Shown: one piece after another, positions 25,707-36,016 of the stretch | Numbering within the stretch: position 1 is the stretch's first letter | How the letters are laid out: the number at the start of each line of letters is the position of its first letter | Source of the DNA: Nitrospirota bacterium | GTDB taxonomy: Bacteria; Nitrospirota; Nitrospiria; Nitrospirales; NS-4 | Assembly: GCA_963788195.1 (NCBI GenBank) | Contig: CAWBGA010000017.1 | Coordinates: forward strand, 192,001 to 256,000 | Length of the DNA: 64,000 nt | Direction: 5' to 3' | Program-made: the position numbers and the translations under genes | Notes under the pieces: model-generated | Seen by the model: only the letters and a program-made list of their open reading frames with translations | Told to the model about the DNA's origin: nothing | Database searches by the model: none

Positions 25707-27101
25707 TTAGATATTCTGCATGAAGTGCGCCACGTCGGCTTGATTCACATCGCGTCCCATGATCGCCGATTCGGGGACTGCGCTCGACTTCTTGCCGGTC
25801 AGGCCGCCCATGACTTCGTCCGTGATCATTTCCACCGGCATGGACATACCGCCATACACATGTGGTCCCGCCACGATCTTGGCATCGGAATATCCATAAA
25901 TCGCCGCGGCGACATCTTTAGCCAGCCAACCCACATAATTGAATTCAGGAATCACGATCAGCTTCGCTTTCTTCAGCAACTCGCGCAGTTCCGGTATCGG
26001 GAACGGCCGCAGAGAGCGGATCTTAATGAATCCGACGTTGATTCCCTGTTCTTTGCAGAGTCGCACCGCCTCACGGGATTGCGCCGCCGCGCTCCCTGAC
26101 GCGACGATCACGGCTTCGGCGCCTTCCACATTCTCGGCCGTCAATAAGCCGCCCATATAATAGTCGATATACCGCCGCGACCGCTCCACCCCAGCCCATA
26201 CCTCTTGCTGCCATACGGCATGGATGTTGTACGCCATAAAGTTGCTCTTCTGAACCGGCGCGTCACGAGAAAGACGAGCCGGGGGATTCTCGGCGTCGAG
26301 CACCGGGACTGAGCCCTTCCAGGCTTCACGGGCAGGTAATTTGATGCCCTTCTCCTGCATGTCCACATAGCTGCGGGCGTGTGTCACGAAGAAGCCGTCA
26401 CAGGCGACACCGACAGGAAGGGTCACATCGTTTTTCTCGCTGATGGTGAACCCCTTCATGATGAAATCAAAGAGGTCCTGTTGGTTTTCGGCGTGAAACA
26501 CGATCATGCCGCAGTTGAGCAGGTAGGCGACTTCAATATTGTCCGGCTGAATGGCGAGCGGGGCGTTCACGACCCGACAGGTAAACATGCAGACAGCCGG
26601 CAATCGGTGCCCGGGCCACGAGACAATCGGTTCCAGTCCTCTCAGGGTGCCAGGCCCGGCGGTCGCCGTAAAGCATCGGACCCCCGCCCGGGAGCCCCCT
26701 GCGATGGCGGACATCACGCCGTATTCCTCCTCACCGCGATAGAATTCCTTGACATAGCCCTCGCCATAAAGGACACCGATAAGCTGCATGGTTTCGCTCT
26801 GTGGCGTGATCGGGTACGCTATCGACAAGTCAACATTCGATCGCCTCACGGCTTCCTTGGCCGCTTCGCTGCCGGTAATAAATTCGCGCTTTCGCGGCGC
26901 CTCAAAATACATATAGTCCGGGGAGACAACCCGCTGCTTTTTCGCTGCCTCCTGGGGATCCTTCGAGCCGCCTCCGACTTTGATCGGCGCTGCGGAGGTA
27001 ATAGGATCGCCCTGCGGATTGGTTTTTTGTTCCGGTTCAAGGACCGAAATGGGATCGCCTTGAGGGTTTGTCTTTACGTCGGGTTCGAGAGGGTTGCTCA
27101 T
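25707..27101 (-). CDS. forA: 2-oxoacid:ferredoxin oxidoreductase alpha subunit (probably 2-oxoglutarate-specific For type)
   Basis: AYPITPQSE, FTATAGPG, GPHVYGG; For versus Por assigned only from recalled Nitrospira gene order B-C-E-D-A near aclBA. Confidence 0.8.
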   Translation of the reverse strand: MSNPLEPDVKTNPQGDPISVLEPEQKTNPQGDPITSAAPIKVGGGSKDPQEAAKKQRVVSPDYMYFEAPRKREFITGSEAAKEAVRRSNVDLSIAYPITPQSETMQLIGVLYGEGYVKEFYRGEEEYGVMSAIAGGSRAGVRCFTATAGPGTLRGLEPIVSWPGHRLPAVCMFTCRVVNAPLAIQPDNIEVAYLLNCGMIVFHAENQQDLFDFIMKGFTISEKNDVTLPVGVACDGFFVTHARSYVDMQEKGIKLPAREAWKGSVPVLDAENPPARLSRDAPVQKSNFMAYNIHAVWQQEVWAGVERSRRYIDYYMGGLLTAENVEGAEAVIVASGSAAAQSREAVRLCKEQGINVGFIKIRSLRPFPIPELRELLKKAKLIVIPEFNYVGWLAKDVAAAIYGYSDAKIVAGPHVYGGMSMPVEMITDEVMGGLTGKKSSAVPESAIMGRDVNQADVAHFMQNI

Positions 27102-27134
27102 TGTCGCCTCCTGGCAGTCATTCAAGGTCGTCTA

Positions 27135-27894
27135 TCAGTGGGGCATCTGCCCTTCAGGGGGCATGTGAACGCCGGCGGGCGGAGCCCCGGGTCTAAATTG
27201 CAAGGGATCGACATGGGTCTGGTTATCATTGACCCGGCTTTGCAGGCCCGTATACCGAACAGTTTTCCCGTCCTTCGGAAGTTTAATCCCAAGCTCTTCA
27301 CGGATCCGTTTCGTGATCTGTGCCACCTTACGGAGCTTGACTGCATCCATGTCATGGACGCTCAGCATCGCATCCTCGTGACCCTGCTCGGCACATAACG
27401 CCCCCGTGCAGCAGTTCGTGCCGGCCCGAATCATTTTGAGCGTGAGATTCGCGTAGTGACAGTGCACGCCGACGAAGAAGCAGGCCTCAATCTTGTTGCC
27501 CCATATGGTGAGGTTCGGGTGGTTGGGATTGATGACTTCCTCGGGATCCACCTTGGGATACTTCGGCCGGTAATCGGGCATCGGAATGATTAAGACATTC
27601 GGAATCTGCGCGGCGATTTCGAGCACGGCGAGCGCCTTTTCAACAGCATGCTCATTCCATGCCCACAGCACCATCGGACCTGGGAAGATGGTGGCATTCG
27701 GCATGGTGAGCATCTTTCTGGCGAGCTCTTCCAAGGACCAGATCCTCAGGCACATGATGGCCATACGCGATGCCGACGCCATTCTTCGGCAACGACACAC
27801 CCAACTGGCATGCAGAAGGCGGCATGAAGCCGGCGGGCCCTGGAACAATGATACGATCTTTTTCCGCGGGGAGAGTACTCATTACCGTGGCCAT
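27135..27894 (-). CDS. forD: Five-subunit oxidoreductase delta subunit (frameshift ~27735)
   Basis: IVPGPAGF, IFPGPMVLWAW, PMPDYRPKYPK, INPNHPNLTIW, GVHCHYAN; position in operon. Confidence 0.75.
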
Positions 27895-27906
27895 AGCGCG
27901 CCTCCT

Positions 27907-28230
27907 TTATGCGACTTCAACGGGGGCCGCGATAGCCTTCGTACCTTTATCAAGGTACGTGATCCGATCGGTGATGGCAGCAGCAGGCAACTGATCGATC
28001 ATCACCATCTTGATTGCATGATGCTTGGCCATGTTATCACACACCCACACGCACTGCGCGCATCCCTTGCAGCGGTCCACGGCGACATAGGCGGTGCCGT
28101 ACTTAAACCCTTTGTCCTTGCCCGCGTTGTCATCGTAAAGAATCGTATTCGCTTCGGGACAATACTGCGTGCACAGGCGACAACTCGTCGCAGCGCAAAT
28201 ATCAAGACTAATATCGGCAACAAGATACAT
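27907..28230 (-). CDS. forE: Ferredoxin-type epsilon subunit
   Basis: CAATSCRLCTQYCPE and CKGCAQCVWVC. Confidence 0.8.
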   Translation of the reverse strand: MYLVADISLDICAATSCRLCTQYCPEANTILYDDNAGKDKGFKYGTAYVAVDRCKGCAQCVWVCDNMAKHHAIKMVMIDQLPAAAITDRITYLDKGTKAIAAPVEVA

Positions 28231-28247
28231 TCGTATCTCCTTCTAGG

Positions 28248-29004
28248 TCAGCGTGACGCTTGGGCGGCGGCCAGGTCGTCGGCTTTCTGTGTGGCTTCCA
28301 GATCATCAGCCTTTTTGGCCGCGGCTCTTTCGTCCACGCCCCATCCATGCTCTTCAGCGTAGTCCCATCCGGCCTTGATCACCGCCACGTTCTTGTCAAT
28401 CAGTTCTTGTTTCTGTTTAAACTTTCGTTCCACAACACTATCCAATGCCGCCGTGCCGCCTGATACGACGAAGCCCTTTCCCAGAAACCGGTCTTTCACG
28501 GCCTCCCCTAGACGCATCGAGCGTCGTCAAACGGGTAATGGCTCCGATCGCACCCATCAGCGCCATGTTGGTGGCAAGATCCAGACCGGCCACTTTCAAA
28601 GATAGCTGAGTTGCGGGGATGTAGTAGAGCTTTGCGTTTCGTTCCTTGAGTTCGTTCGTTTCTTGAGGCGGTAATTTCATCGGGCCGTCATGGTTTATCA
28701 GCAGCACGCCGTTCTGCTTTAGCCCGAAATAGAACGGCATGGTGTACGACTTTCCATGCGTGATAACCTGCGGATGGAAAATAATGCAGATATGCGGGAA
28801 CGTGATCTCGCCGATTTCGTAAATCGGCTCATCCGAAACCCGCACGTAACTCTCCACCGGCGCCATCCGTTTTTCAGATCCATAGAAAGGGACGATCGTG
28901 CTCTCTCCGCCGGCCCTGATGACGGCCGTGCTGAGAATGTGCGAGCCTGTCACTACCCCTTGTCCACCAACCCCGGCCATCCGAATGTTAAAGCGCTTTG
29001 CCAT
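28248..29004 (-). CDS. forC: Oxidoreductase gamma subunit (frameshift ~28510)
   Basis: IRMAGVGGQGVV, PFYGSEKRMAPV, TNMALMGA. Confidence 0.82.
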
Positions 29005-29033
29005 CAGTCACCTCCCTGATCGCGTTGCTACGC

Positions 29034-29924
29034 TTACGTGAGGGCCGGCGCCGCGGCCGGCTTCGGCAGATACTCTTTATAGCCGTACCGCGCGACCAAA
29101 TACTCCTTGGCTTCGTCGCTGACGTACTCTTCGAACTTGTAGCGATCGTTTTCGACTGTCTTTGCGTCTTCCATGACTTTATCGGTAGGAATGGAGTACT
29201 CGATGTTACAGGAGGTGTAGGCTTGAATGTAGGTCGGCCCGATTTCTCGTGCGATGAGAATGGCTTTCTTGATCACGCTCTCGACCCGTCGCGGATTGTT
29301 CGGAACCACCGTGGCAACATACGCGCAGCCGGCGAGCTTAGCCATGCCGAGCATATCCATTTTCTCGAACTTCTTGCCGAGCGGAGCCATTTTCAGGACC
29401 TGGCCCTTATTTGTCATCCCGCTTTCCTGGCCGCCGGTGTTTCCGTACACCTCATTGTCGAGCATGATTGTCGTGAAGCGTTCCTTGCGGAACCAGGAAT
29501 GCAGCGTCATGCTAAACCCAATATCGGCCATACCACCATCGCCGGCCATGACGACGACATCTTTAGGCTTGTCGCCAAACCGCAGGCGCAAGCCGCGGCT
29601 CAGACCGCTCGCAACGGCATTCTGGTCGCCATAATTGCCGTACACGAAAGGTACAGCCGCCTGAGAAATGGCCAAGCGGCCGCATCCCGCCGTGCCGACT
29701 GTGATCGTATCTTCGGGGTTCGGAAACGAGATCATTGCCAGCCGAATAAATAGCGTCATCGCACACCCTGCACACATAGGGTGCTCTTCCAGAATTTCCT
29801 TGAATGACCCCATCTGCGAAACAGTGGTTTTCTTCCCAAAGGGACCATGCTCAACCATGTCCCGATATTCCTTCGGCATGAATTTGTCGAATCCCGGAGA
29901 AAACTTGACATAATCGAGACTCAT
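29034..29924 (-). CDS. forB: Oxidoreductase beta subunit (TPP-binding)
   Basis: CAGC, TAGC, AGDGG, DNEVYGNTGGQ. Confidence 0.85.
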   Translation of the reverse strand: MSLDYVKFSPGFDKFMPKEYRDMVEHGPFGKKTTVSQMGSFKEILEEHPMCAGCAMTLFIRLAMISFPNPEDTITVGTAGCGRLAISQAAVPFVYGNYGDQNAVASGLSRGLRLRFGDKPKDVVVMAGDGGMADIGFSMTLHSWFRKERFTTIMLDNEVYGNTGGQESGMTNKGQVLKMAPLGKKFEKMDMLGMAKLAGCAYVATVVPNNPRRVESVIKKAILIAREIGPTYIQAYTSCNIEYSIPTDKVMEDAKTVENDRYKFEEYVSDEAKEYLVARYGYKEYLPKPAAAPALT

Positions 29925-29998
29925 GGGATGCCCTCCTTACCGTCTAAATAGCTTCGTTGTCGACGACGACTGTTGGGTGAAATTTACTGGTGTTACAA

Positions 29999-30048
29999 TG
30001 GATTAGTCCGGTTTTGTGAATGTAATCCAACCCCCTAAGATTTGTCAA
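29999..30048 (-). promoter_or_regulatory. Putative promoter of oxidoreductase operon with overlapping inverted repeat
   Basis: TTGACA (30043-30048)-N18-TACATT (30019-30024); TGGATTA-N17-TAATCCA at 29999-30029. Confidence 0.45.
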
Positions 30049-30408
30049 TTGCAAAAATTAGGAATGCAAAAGCACCACACTGCAGAATAGGTTAAAGCCT
30101 GAAGAGAATGCAATCAATCAGAAGACCTACAGCGCGCCCTTGGATGGCCTAAACAGTTCGGGCACATAGGTCTTTTGATCCATCTCCATAACTCACGGAA
30201 ATGTAACTTAAATCAGGGATTGTGTGTTATCTTTTGTGTATATCGCCCATCAATATGGCAGTTTCGCTTGCGGTGAGGAGGTTGCTTCCCTATAATTGCT
30301 TTGTTTTCTTCACGTAATGCCTGCGGGAGACAGCCCTCGTGCCTCCCTTGGATTAGCGATCGACACGGAAAACACTCAGGAATTTCTCGTCACCGGACAG
30401 ATAGATTG

Positions 30409-31977
30409 ATGTATATCAAAGCCATTACCACCGAAGTCATGGACACTGTGAAACCTATCGCAGCGGACATGATGCTGAACCTCTCCCGACGGTATAAGCA
30501 TTGTCGGTATGCTGATCTCCGGTTGGAAATCGTTGAAGAGAAGCGTGCGGGCGCAGAGAACGGCACACCGAAGTTCACACGTGAAGAATCCCGGTTGGCT
30601 TTTGGGGTCCGGGTCTTGGCAGGAGAGCAAATGGTGGCGCCAGGTTATTTCGGACAAATTCTGGGGCGAGGAGATCTCAAGGACTTGCCCGCGACGATTT
30701 TCAGCGGCGTGAAGCATGCGCATGACCGCGCCATTGCCAATGCCCACGAGAAGTCCCAAGTACGCGCGAAGTTCAAAGAGTTAGCCGCATCTCTTTCAGA
30801 CACGCGTCTTGCTCCAACAGAAGCCCACAAAGACACGGTCAAAGCCGAGTTTGCCATAGACCCCCGCTCGGTTCGTGTCGACGACATGATCCGGTATGTG
30901 ACAGATATATCTAAAGCAGTTCAGGATGTGGCGGATATCAAGTACAACGCTATCAGCGCAGTCACTCGACTGAACCGGGAGCTGTTTACCAACTCTGAAG
31001 GGGCCTGCATCGATCAATCATTCGCGCTCACCGAGGGCTCGTCCTACGTTGTCGCGATTACCGAGAACGGCGACCAAGAACTGTACGACGCATTCGGCCA
31101 CCAACGCGGGTGGGAAGTCGTCATAGAGGGCATTATCGAGGAGCATCTTCGCAATCTCGATCTCCTCACATTCTCGACAAACCTCGCGCGGGACGCGGTG
31201 AAGCTGGCGAACTCTCCGCCCGTCCGCAGCTCCCCCAAGGAAGTGGTCGTCGTCACTGATCCGCATTTCAACACGCTCAAATCTCATGAGATCATTGGCC
31301 ATGCCGCGGAATTGGACCGCGCGCTCAAAATGGAGACCGCATACGCAGGCCGGAGCTGGCTGCTTCGGACGTTGGATGATACCCAAATTGGTAAACCGAT
31401 CGCCTCGCCGCTCGTGACCGCGTACTCAGACCCCTCTCTGCCGGGGTTCGGACACTACAAATACGACCACGAAGGCACTCCGGGACGCAAAGTCGTCCAT
31501 ATCGATAAAGGTATCTTCAAGGGGTTCATGAACAGCCGGCAGACGGCGTCAGTCATGGGAACGATCCCCAACGGTTCGTATATGGCCACCGTCGCTGGTT
31601 TTGTGCCCCTGATTCGGATGTCCAATACGGTATTCGCCCCAGGACGCTCGAATCCCCAGGACATTATCCGAGAAGTAGACAAGGGCTATTATTTAGTAGG
31701 GCATCGTATTCCGTCCATCGCCGAATCACGTGAGAATTTCCGGATCTCAGCTCAAAAGGTGTATGAGATCAACAAAGGTCAGATCGGCCAACTGTATCGA
31801 GGGGGCGGAATTATGGCCGATACCAAGGATTATCTGATGAAAGTTGATGCCGTCGGCCGGGATTTCCGCCTGTATCCTATTCCCACCTGCGGAAAGGGCC
31901 AGCCTATGCAGACGCGCCGACTCGGCAATGGTGGCCCCACGATGCGAAGCCGCGCTCGCTTGACCGGGCTTCAATAA
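30409..31977 (+). CDS. tldD: TldD-family metalloprotease subunit
   Basis: HEIIGH metal motif, YDHEG, RMSNT, C-terminal CGKGQP; start uncertain. Confidence 0.88.
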   Translation: MYIKAITTEVMDTVKPIAADMMLNLSRRYKHCRYADLRLEIVEEKRAGAENGTPKFTREESRLAFGVRVLAGEQMVAPGYFGQILGRGDLKDLPATIFSGVKHAHDRAIANAHEKSQVRAKFKELAASLSDTRLAPTEAHKDTVKAEFAIDPRSVRVDDMIRYVTDISKAVQDVADIKYNAISAVTRLNRELFTNSEGACIDQSFALTEGSSYVVAITENGDQELYDAFGHQRGWEVVIEGIIEEHLRNLDLLTFSTNLARDAVKLANSPPVRSSPKEVVVVTDPHFNTLKSHEIIGHAAELDRALKMETAYAGRSWLLRTLDDTQIGKPIASPLVTAYSDPSLPGFGHYKYDHEGTPGRKVVHIDKGIFKGFMNSRQTASVMGTIPNGSYMATVAGFVPLIRMSNTVFAPGRSNPQDIIREVDKGYYLVGHRIPSIAESRENFRISAQKVYEINKGQIGQLYRGGGIMADTKDYLMKVDAVGRDFRLYPIPTCGKGQPMQTRRLGNGGPTMRSRARLTGLQ

Positions 31978-31987
31978 GGCCCTCCCC

Positions 31988-33547
31988 ATGGTCAGCCTGC
32001 AGACACTCAAAGAGACCGCCGAGGAGGGTTTACGGTTTCTTCGTCGGCAAAAAGATGTTCAGGAAGCGGAGCTGTTTGTCGCTGATAATACAGCGCTGAC
32101 AGCTCGCCTCAACTACGTCTCGCACATTCCCTGTAACGGGGTGGAAGAGCCCAAATCCATTGGATCCTGCGGCTTGAGCGTCCGGGCGGTATTTGAGGAT
32201 CTCAAAGGTCACCGCGTCGGAATGGGTAGCGAACCGGGCAATCTTTCATTAGAAGGTGTAAAGGCGGCCCTCGACAAGGCACGCCGTATTGCGGTGCACG
32301 ACCCGCATTTCACGAGGCTCCCACGTCCCACGACGGAACGCCGCACGCTGCATACCTATCATGATCCTGCCACTATGGCAGTGTCCGATACTGATCTGGT
32401 TCACGCCGGGTGGCGGGTCCTTTCGCAAGCCTTGCAAGTCTTTGGGGAAACCGGGCCTCTCAAGACACTGGTGTCTTCGAATCAGCAGCTCCAGGATCTC
32501 GGCTTGATCGTGGGCGGTGACGTCACAATTTTACAGGAACGGATCGCCATCGGTTCTTCAGAGCTGCCGAAAGTTCAGACTGATGAATCAGGCTGGATCG
32601 CGTCTTTCATCACCGCAATGGTCGAGCGCGAAGATGCGAAGGGCACTGGCTTCGCGTGCTCAACCCATCTGAACAAATTCCGGGGTGAGGCCGGCGCCGA
32701 AGCTGCCAGAAACGCGGTTGCCGCGGTCAGCGGGGTCCGAATCCAGGACGGCGAATATCGCGTCATTCTAGGCGCTCAGCCCGTTGCCGATCTGTTCAAT
32801 AATGTCGTGCTGCCCAGTTTAAGCGCCGATGCCATCTACGATAGGAGTTCTGCTTTTCATGGGCAAATGGGCAGGCAGGTCGCCAATGAGATTGTGAGCG
32901 TGTATGATCATGGCGCCCTCCCCGGGCAGATCGGCAGCAAGGGAATTACCTGCGAAGGCCTCCCCACGGGGCGCACCGACCTTATTAAAGACGGTGTCCT
33001 GGTGGGGGTGCTTTCAAACTTCTACGAGACGGAGCGGCTCTTAAGCGACCCCGACGCTAAAGAAAAACTCGGCCTGGCGCCGGACAGGCTGAAGGATGCG
33101 CTCGTTCCACGCAATGGATTCCGATCCGCATCGGGCGGAGGCCGGCGGTTCGACGTGCCGCCGTCTATTGCGGCGACGAACGTGTTCATCAAAGGGCCGG
33201 ATGAGAAGAATCTGGCTGACCTGATCCGTGAGGTCGAAAACGGACTATACATTGGGAGGATTTGGTATACCTACCCGATTAATGGATTGCGGGCGGGAGA
33301 TTTCACCTGTACAGTCGTAGGCGATTCGTTCTTGATTCAGAATGGAAAGCTCGCGCGACCGATAAAGGCGAACACGATCCGGATCAACGATAACATCCAT
33401 CACCTGTTGCAGAACATCACGGGGATCACCCACAAAAGCCGTCCTACCGTGGTGTGGGACGGGGATGAAGTGGTGCACGCCCCTGAAATTTCGATTTCCG
33501 ATCTTAAGCTTGACGCGATTGCCAGCTATATGGACTCACTTCGATGA
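31988..33547 (+). CDS. TldE/PmbA-family subunit
   Basis: Adjacent to tldD; TCEGLPT...LIKDGVL, GDFT; lacks HExxxH. Confidence 0.85.
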   Translation: MVSLQTLKETAEEGLRFLRRQKDVQEAELFVADNTALTARLNYVSHIPCNGVEEPKSIGSCGLSVRAVFEDLKGHRVGMGSEPGNLSLEGVKAALDKARRIAVHDPHFTRLPRPTTERRTLHTYHDPATMAVSDTDLVHAGWRVLSQALQVFGETGPLKTLVSSNQQLQDLGLIVGGDVTILQERIAIGSSELPKVQTDESGWIASFITAMVEREDAKGTGFACSTHLNKFRGEAGAEAARNAVAAVSGVRIQDGEYRVILGAQPVADLFNNVVLPSLSADAIYDRSSAFHGQMGRQVANEIVSVYDHGALPGQIGSKGITCEGLPTGRTDLIKDGVLVGVLSNFYETERLLSDPDAKEKLGLAPDRLKDALVPRNGFRSASGGGRRFDVPPSIAATNVFIKGPDEKNLADLIREVENGLYIGRIWYTYPINGLRAGDFTCTVVGDSFLIQNGKLARPIKANTIRINDNIHHLLQNITGITHKSRPTVVWDGDEVVHAPEISISDLKLDAIASYMDSLR

Positions 33548-33819
33548 CCCCAGACAAGCAGGTAGATCCAGGGCCGGCACCAGAGGGTTCGGAACGGGAG
33601 AGTGGGCTAGCCGGTACTCCGGGCGGTATTCATAACCGGCCTCCGATCCCCGGCGCCGGCGAGAAAGCCGAGTGTCCCAAGTTCATGAGTCACGGTCCAT
33701 GCGGCGGTGTGCGTAAGGGCGGCTATTGCGAGGTCTTTCCTGAGATGATGTGTCCCTGGGTCATGATGTATTTTGACCTGGAGAAGATGGGAAAGCTCGA
33801 ATGGATGACACGCACATGA
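33544..33819 (+). CDS. Stand-alone MTHFR_C/MetV-like Cys-rich domain protein
   Basis: CPKFMSHGPCGGVRKGGYCEVFPEMMCPW pattern; start overlaps upstream stop (ATGA). Confidence 0.75.
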   Translation: MTPDKQVDPGPAPEGSERESGLAGTPGGIHNRPPIPGAGEKAECPKFMSHGPCGGVRKGGYCEVFPEMMCPWVMMYFDLEKMGKLEWMTRT

Positions 33820-34235
33820 AACGCGGCACCTCCAGCCGCGTGACCCATGCCGACCCTGCCAACGCCTATACTGATCAGCACGCCCAAAGCGGCGTCAATA
33901 CTAAGCTTCCCGAGATCGAAACCTGGCCTAACCAGTTCAAGAATTACCACATTACCATTGAGATACCTGAATACACAGCGATCTGTCCGAAAACCGGCCT
34001 CCCTGACTTCGGCACGATCCGCATCACCTACCTCCCTGATAAGCGATGCGTGGAACTTAGGTCTCTCAAGATGTATATCCATTCGTACCGCAATCTTGGG
34101 ATCTTCTACGAAAATGCAGTGAATCGCATCTTGAAGGACCTCGTCGTCGCCTGTCATCCTGTCAACGCTCGTGTGACGGGCGAATTCACAGCCCGCGGCG
34201 GCTTACGCAGCGTGATCGAAGCCCGATATCCGTAG
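33816..34235 (+). CDS. queF: NADPH-dependent preQ0 reductase (short type)
   Basis: PEYTAICPKTGLPDFG, VELRSLKMY, ARGG. Confidence 0.93.
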   Translation: MKRGTSSRVTHADPANAYTDQHAQSGVNTKLPEIETWPNQFKNYHITIEIPEYTAICPKTGLPDFGTIRITYLPDKRCVELRSLKMYIHSYRNLGIFYENAVNRILKDLVVACHPVNARVTGEFTARGGLRSVIEARYP

Positions 34236-34778
34236 TTTCGTAATTCCCCGGCACGCACAGCACCATCCACGCTCACCCGACTGCAATAGGGAGCGCCTTA
34301 AGGTAGGTGGGGTGAACCCGGTACACATTCGTCACAGCGCGTAAAATCTCTCCATCCAATCACCCAAATCAGCAGACGCGCCGGCAGACGGTGGTACCGT
34401 GAGCGTCACGAGTGTTGCCGTGGACAAAGATGACATTCGAGAGGCCACACAGGGAGCACCAGCACACGTCGCGAGCAGTGCATACACGTGAACAGCTGCC
34501 CCTCGTTGATCGGTTAGCGGTGACTCGACAGGCTGTCTGTTCCTTCAAATGACATCCCATCATTCGAAGAATAGAGTACCCGCAAGTTGTTTTGTGCATT
34601 ATACTTGCAAACCTGTTATATCCACTGAGATGGCAGAATCCAAACAAAAGATCTTGTTGCAGGCCCGCGTCAATGCGACTATGGAGAAATGTCCGTTCCT
34701 TCACGAATGGTCGCCCCATGGGAGGCCATTAGTCCTGGAACGTTGCGTTGAACCGAAAAATGGAGGCACATCTAGAGA

Positions 34779-35984
34779 ATGTCAATGAACATACGACAGG
34801 CGGTGATTGTCAGCGCCGTGCGGACTCCGACAGGGAGCTTCAATGGAGTCTTCAGTACTGTGCCGGCGACAAAACTGGGAAGCATCGCCATAGCTGAGGC
34901 GCTGAAGCGCGCCAGCATAGCAGGCGAGGACGTCGACGAGGTCCATATGGGGTGCGTATTGCCGGCAGGCCTTGGACAAGCCCCCGCGAGGCAGGCGGCA
35001 ATCGGTGCGGGCCTGCCCCATTCTGTCGGGACCACAACCGTGAACAAGGTCTGTGGTTCAAGCCTCATGAGCGCCATTATGGCGCAACAGGCGATCAGCT
35101 TGGGCACTGCCAATGTGGTGGTGGCCGGCGGGATGGAAAACATGTCCAGGGCGCCCTATCTTTTAGAGAAAGCCCGACAAGGGTATCGGCTGGGTCACGG
35201 TGAAGTAACCGATAGCCTGATCAAAGACGGGCTGTGGGATGTCTACAATAATTTTCACATGGGGGACGGCGGCGAACTCTGTGCAAAGAAGTACGGCCTC
35301 TCACGAGCGGAGGCCGATGACTACGCGCTCGAGAGCTATCGACGCGCGCTGGAAGCGATCGCGAGCGGCGCCTTCAAGCGCGAGACAGTATCCGTAGAGG
35401 TGCCGCAACGCAAAGGGCCGCCGCTGGTGGTGGAACAGGATGAAGAGCCGGGCAAGGCTGACCTCAGTAAAATGCGATCTTTCAAGCCGGTATTTCAGGA
35501 GGATGGGATCCTGACCGTTGGAAATTCACCTTCCTGTAACGACGGTGCCGCTGCGTTGGTCTTGATGGCTGAGGAGGACGCACAGGCACGCGGACTTCAA
35601 CCGTTGGCACGGATGACAGGATACGCGGGAGCGGCAGTGGCACCTGAGTGGTTCACATTGGCGCCGATCGATGCGATCAGGCGCGTCTTGAAGCAGACGG
35701 GGCTTTCGATCGGCGACATAGACCTCTTCGAAATCAACGAGGCCTTCTCGGCCGTGGCGCTCGCGATCAACCGGGAACTGGGGCTGGACCCGGCGAAAGT
35801 CAATGTCAATGGCGGAGCGGTCGCGCTTGGCCATCCGATCGGCGCAACGGGCGCAAAGATCCTGACGACACTGCTCTATGCATTAGAGGCGCGAGGAGAA
35901 CGACGTGGGCTGGCGAGCCTCTGTATCGGCGGCGGAGAAGCGTTGGCTGTTATCGTTGAACGCGAAGATCGGTCGGTAGCTTGA
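34779..35984 (+). CDS. phaA: Acetyl-CoA C-acetyltransferase (thiolase), copy 1
   Basis: NKVCGSS, NEAF, GHPIGATG, CIGGG. Confidence 0.9.
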   Translation: MSMNIRQAVIVSAVRTPTGSFNGVFSTVPATKLGSIAIAEALKRASIAGEDVDEVHMGCVLPAGLGQAPARQAAIGAGLPHSVGTTTVNKVCGSSLMSAIMAQQAISLGTANVVVAGGMENMSRAPYLLEKARQGYRLGHGEVTDSLIKDGLWDVYNNFHMGDGGELCAKKYGLSRAEADDYALESYRRALEAIASGAFKRETVSVEVPQRKGPPLVVEQDEEPGKADLSKMRSFKPVFQEDGILTVGNSPSCNDGAAALVLMAEEDAQARGLQPLARMTGYAGAAVAPEWFTLAPIDAIRRVLKQTGLSIGDIDLFEINEAFSAVALAINRELGLDPAKVNVNGGAVALGHPIGATGAKILTTLLYALEARGERRGLASLCIGGGEALAVIVEREDRSVA

Positions 35985-36016
35985 TCTTTCAATAGCGGGG
36001 GCTTAATGCTGGTGCG

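Noticed and set aside
34236..34778. ORFs or a regulatory RNA between queF and the thiolase
   Set aside because: ORFs lack SD and motifs; no convincing structure; sigma54-like spacing is wrong
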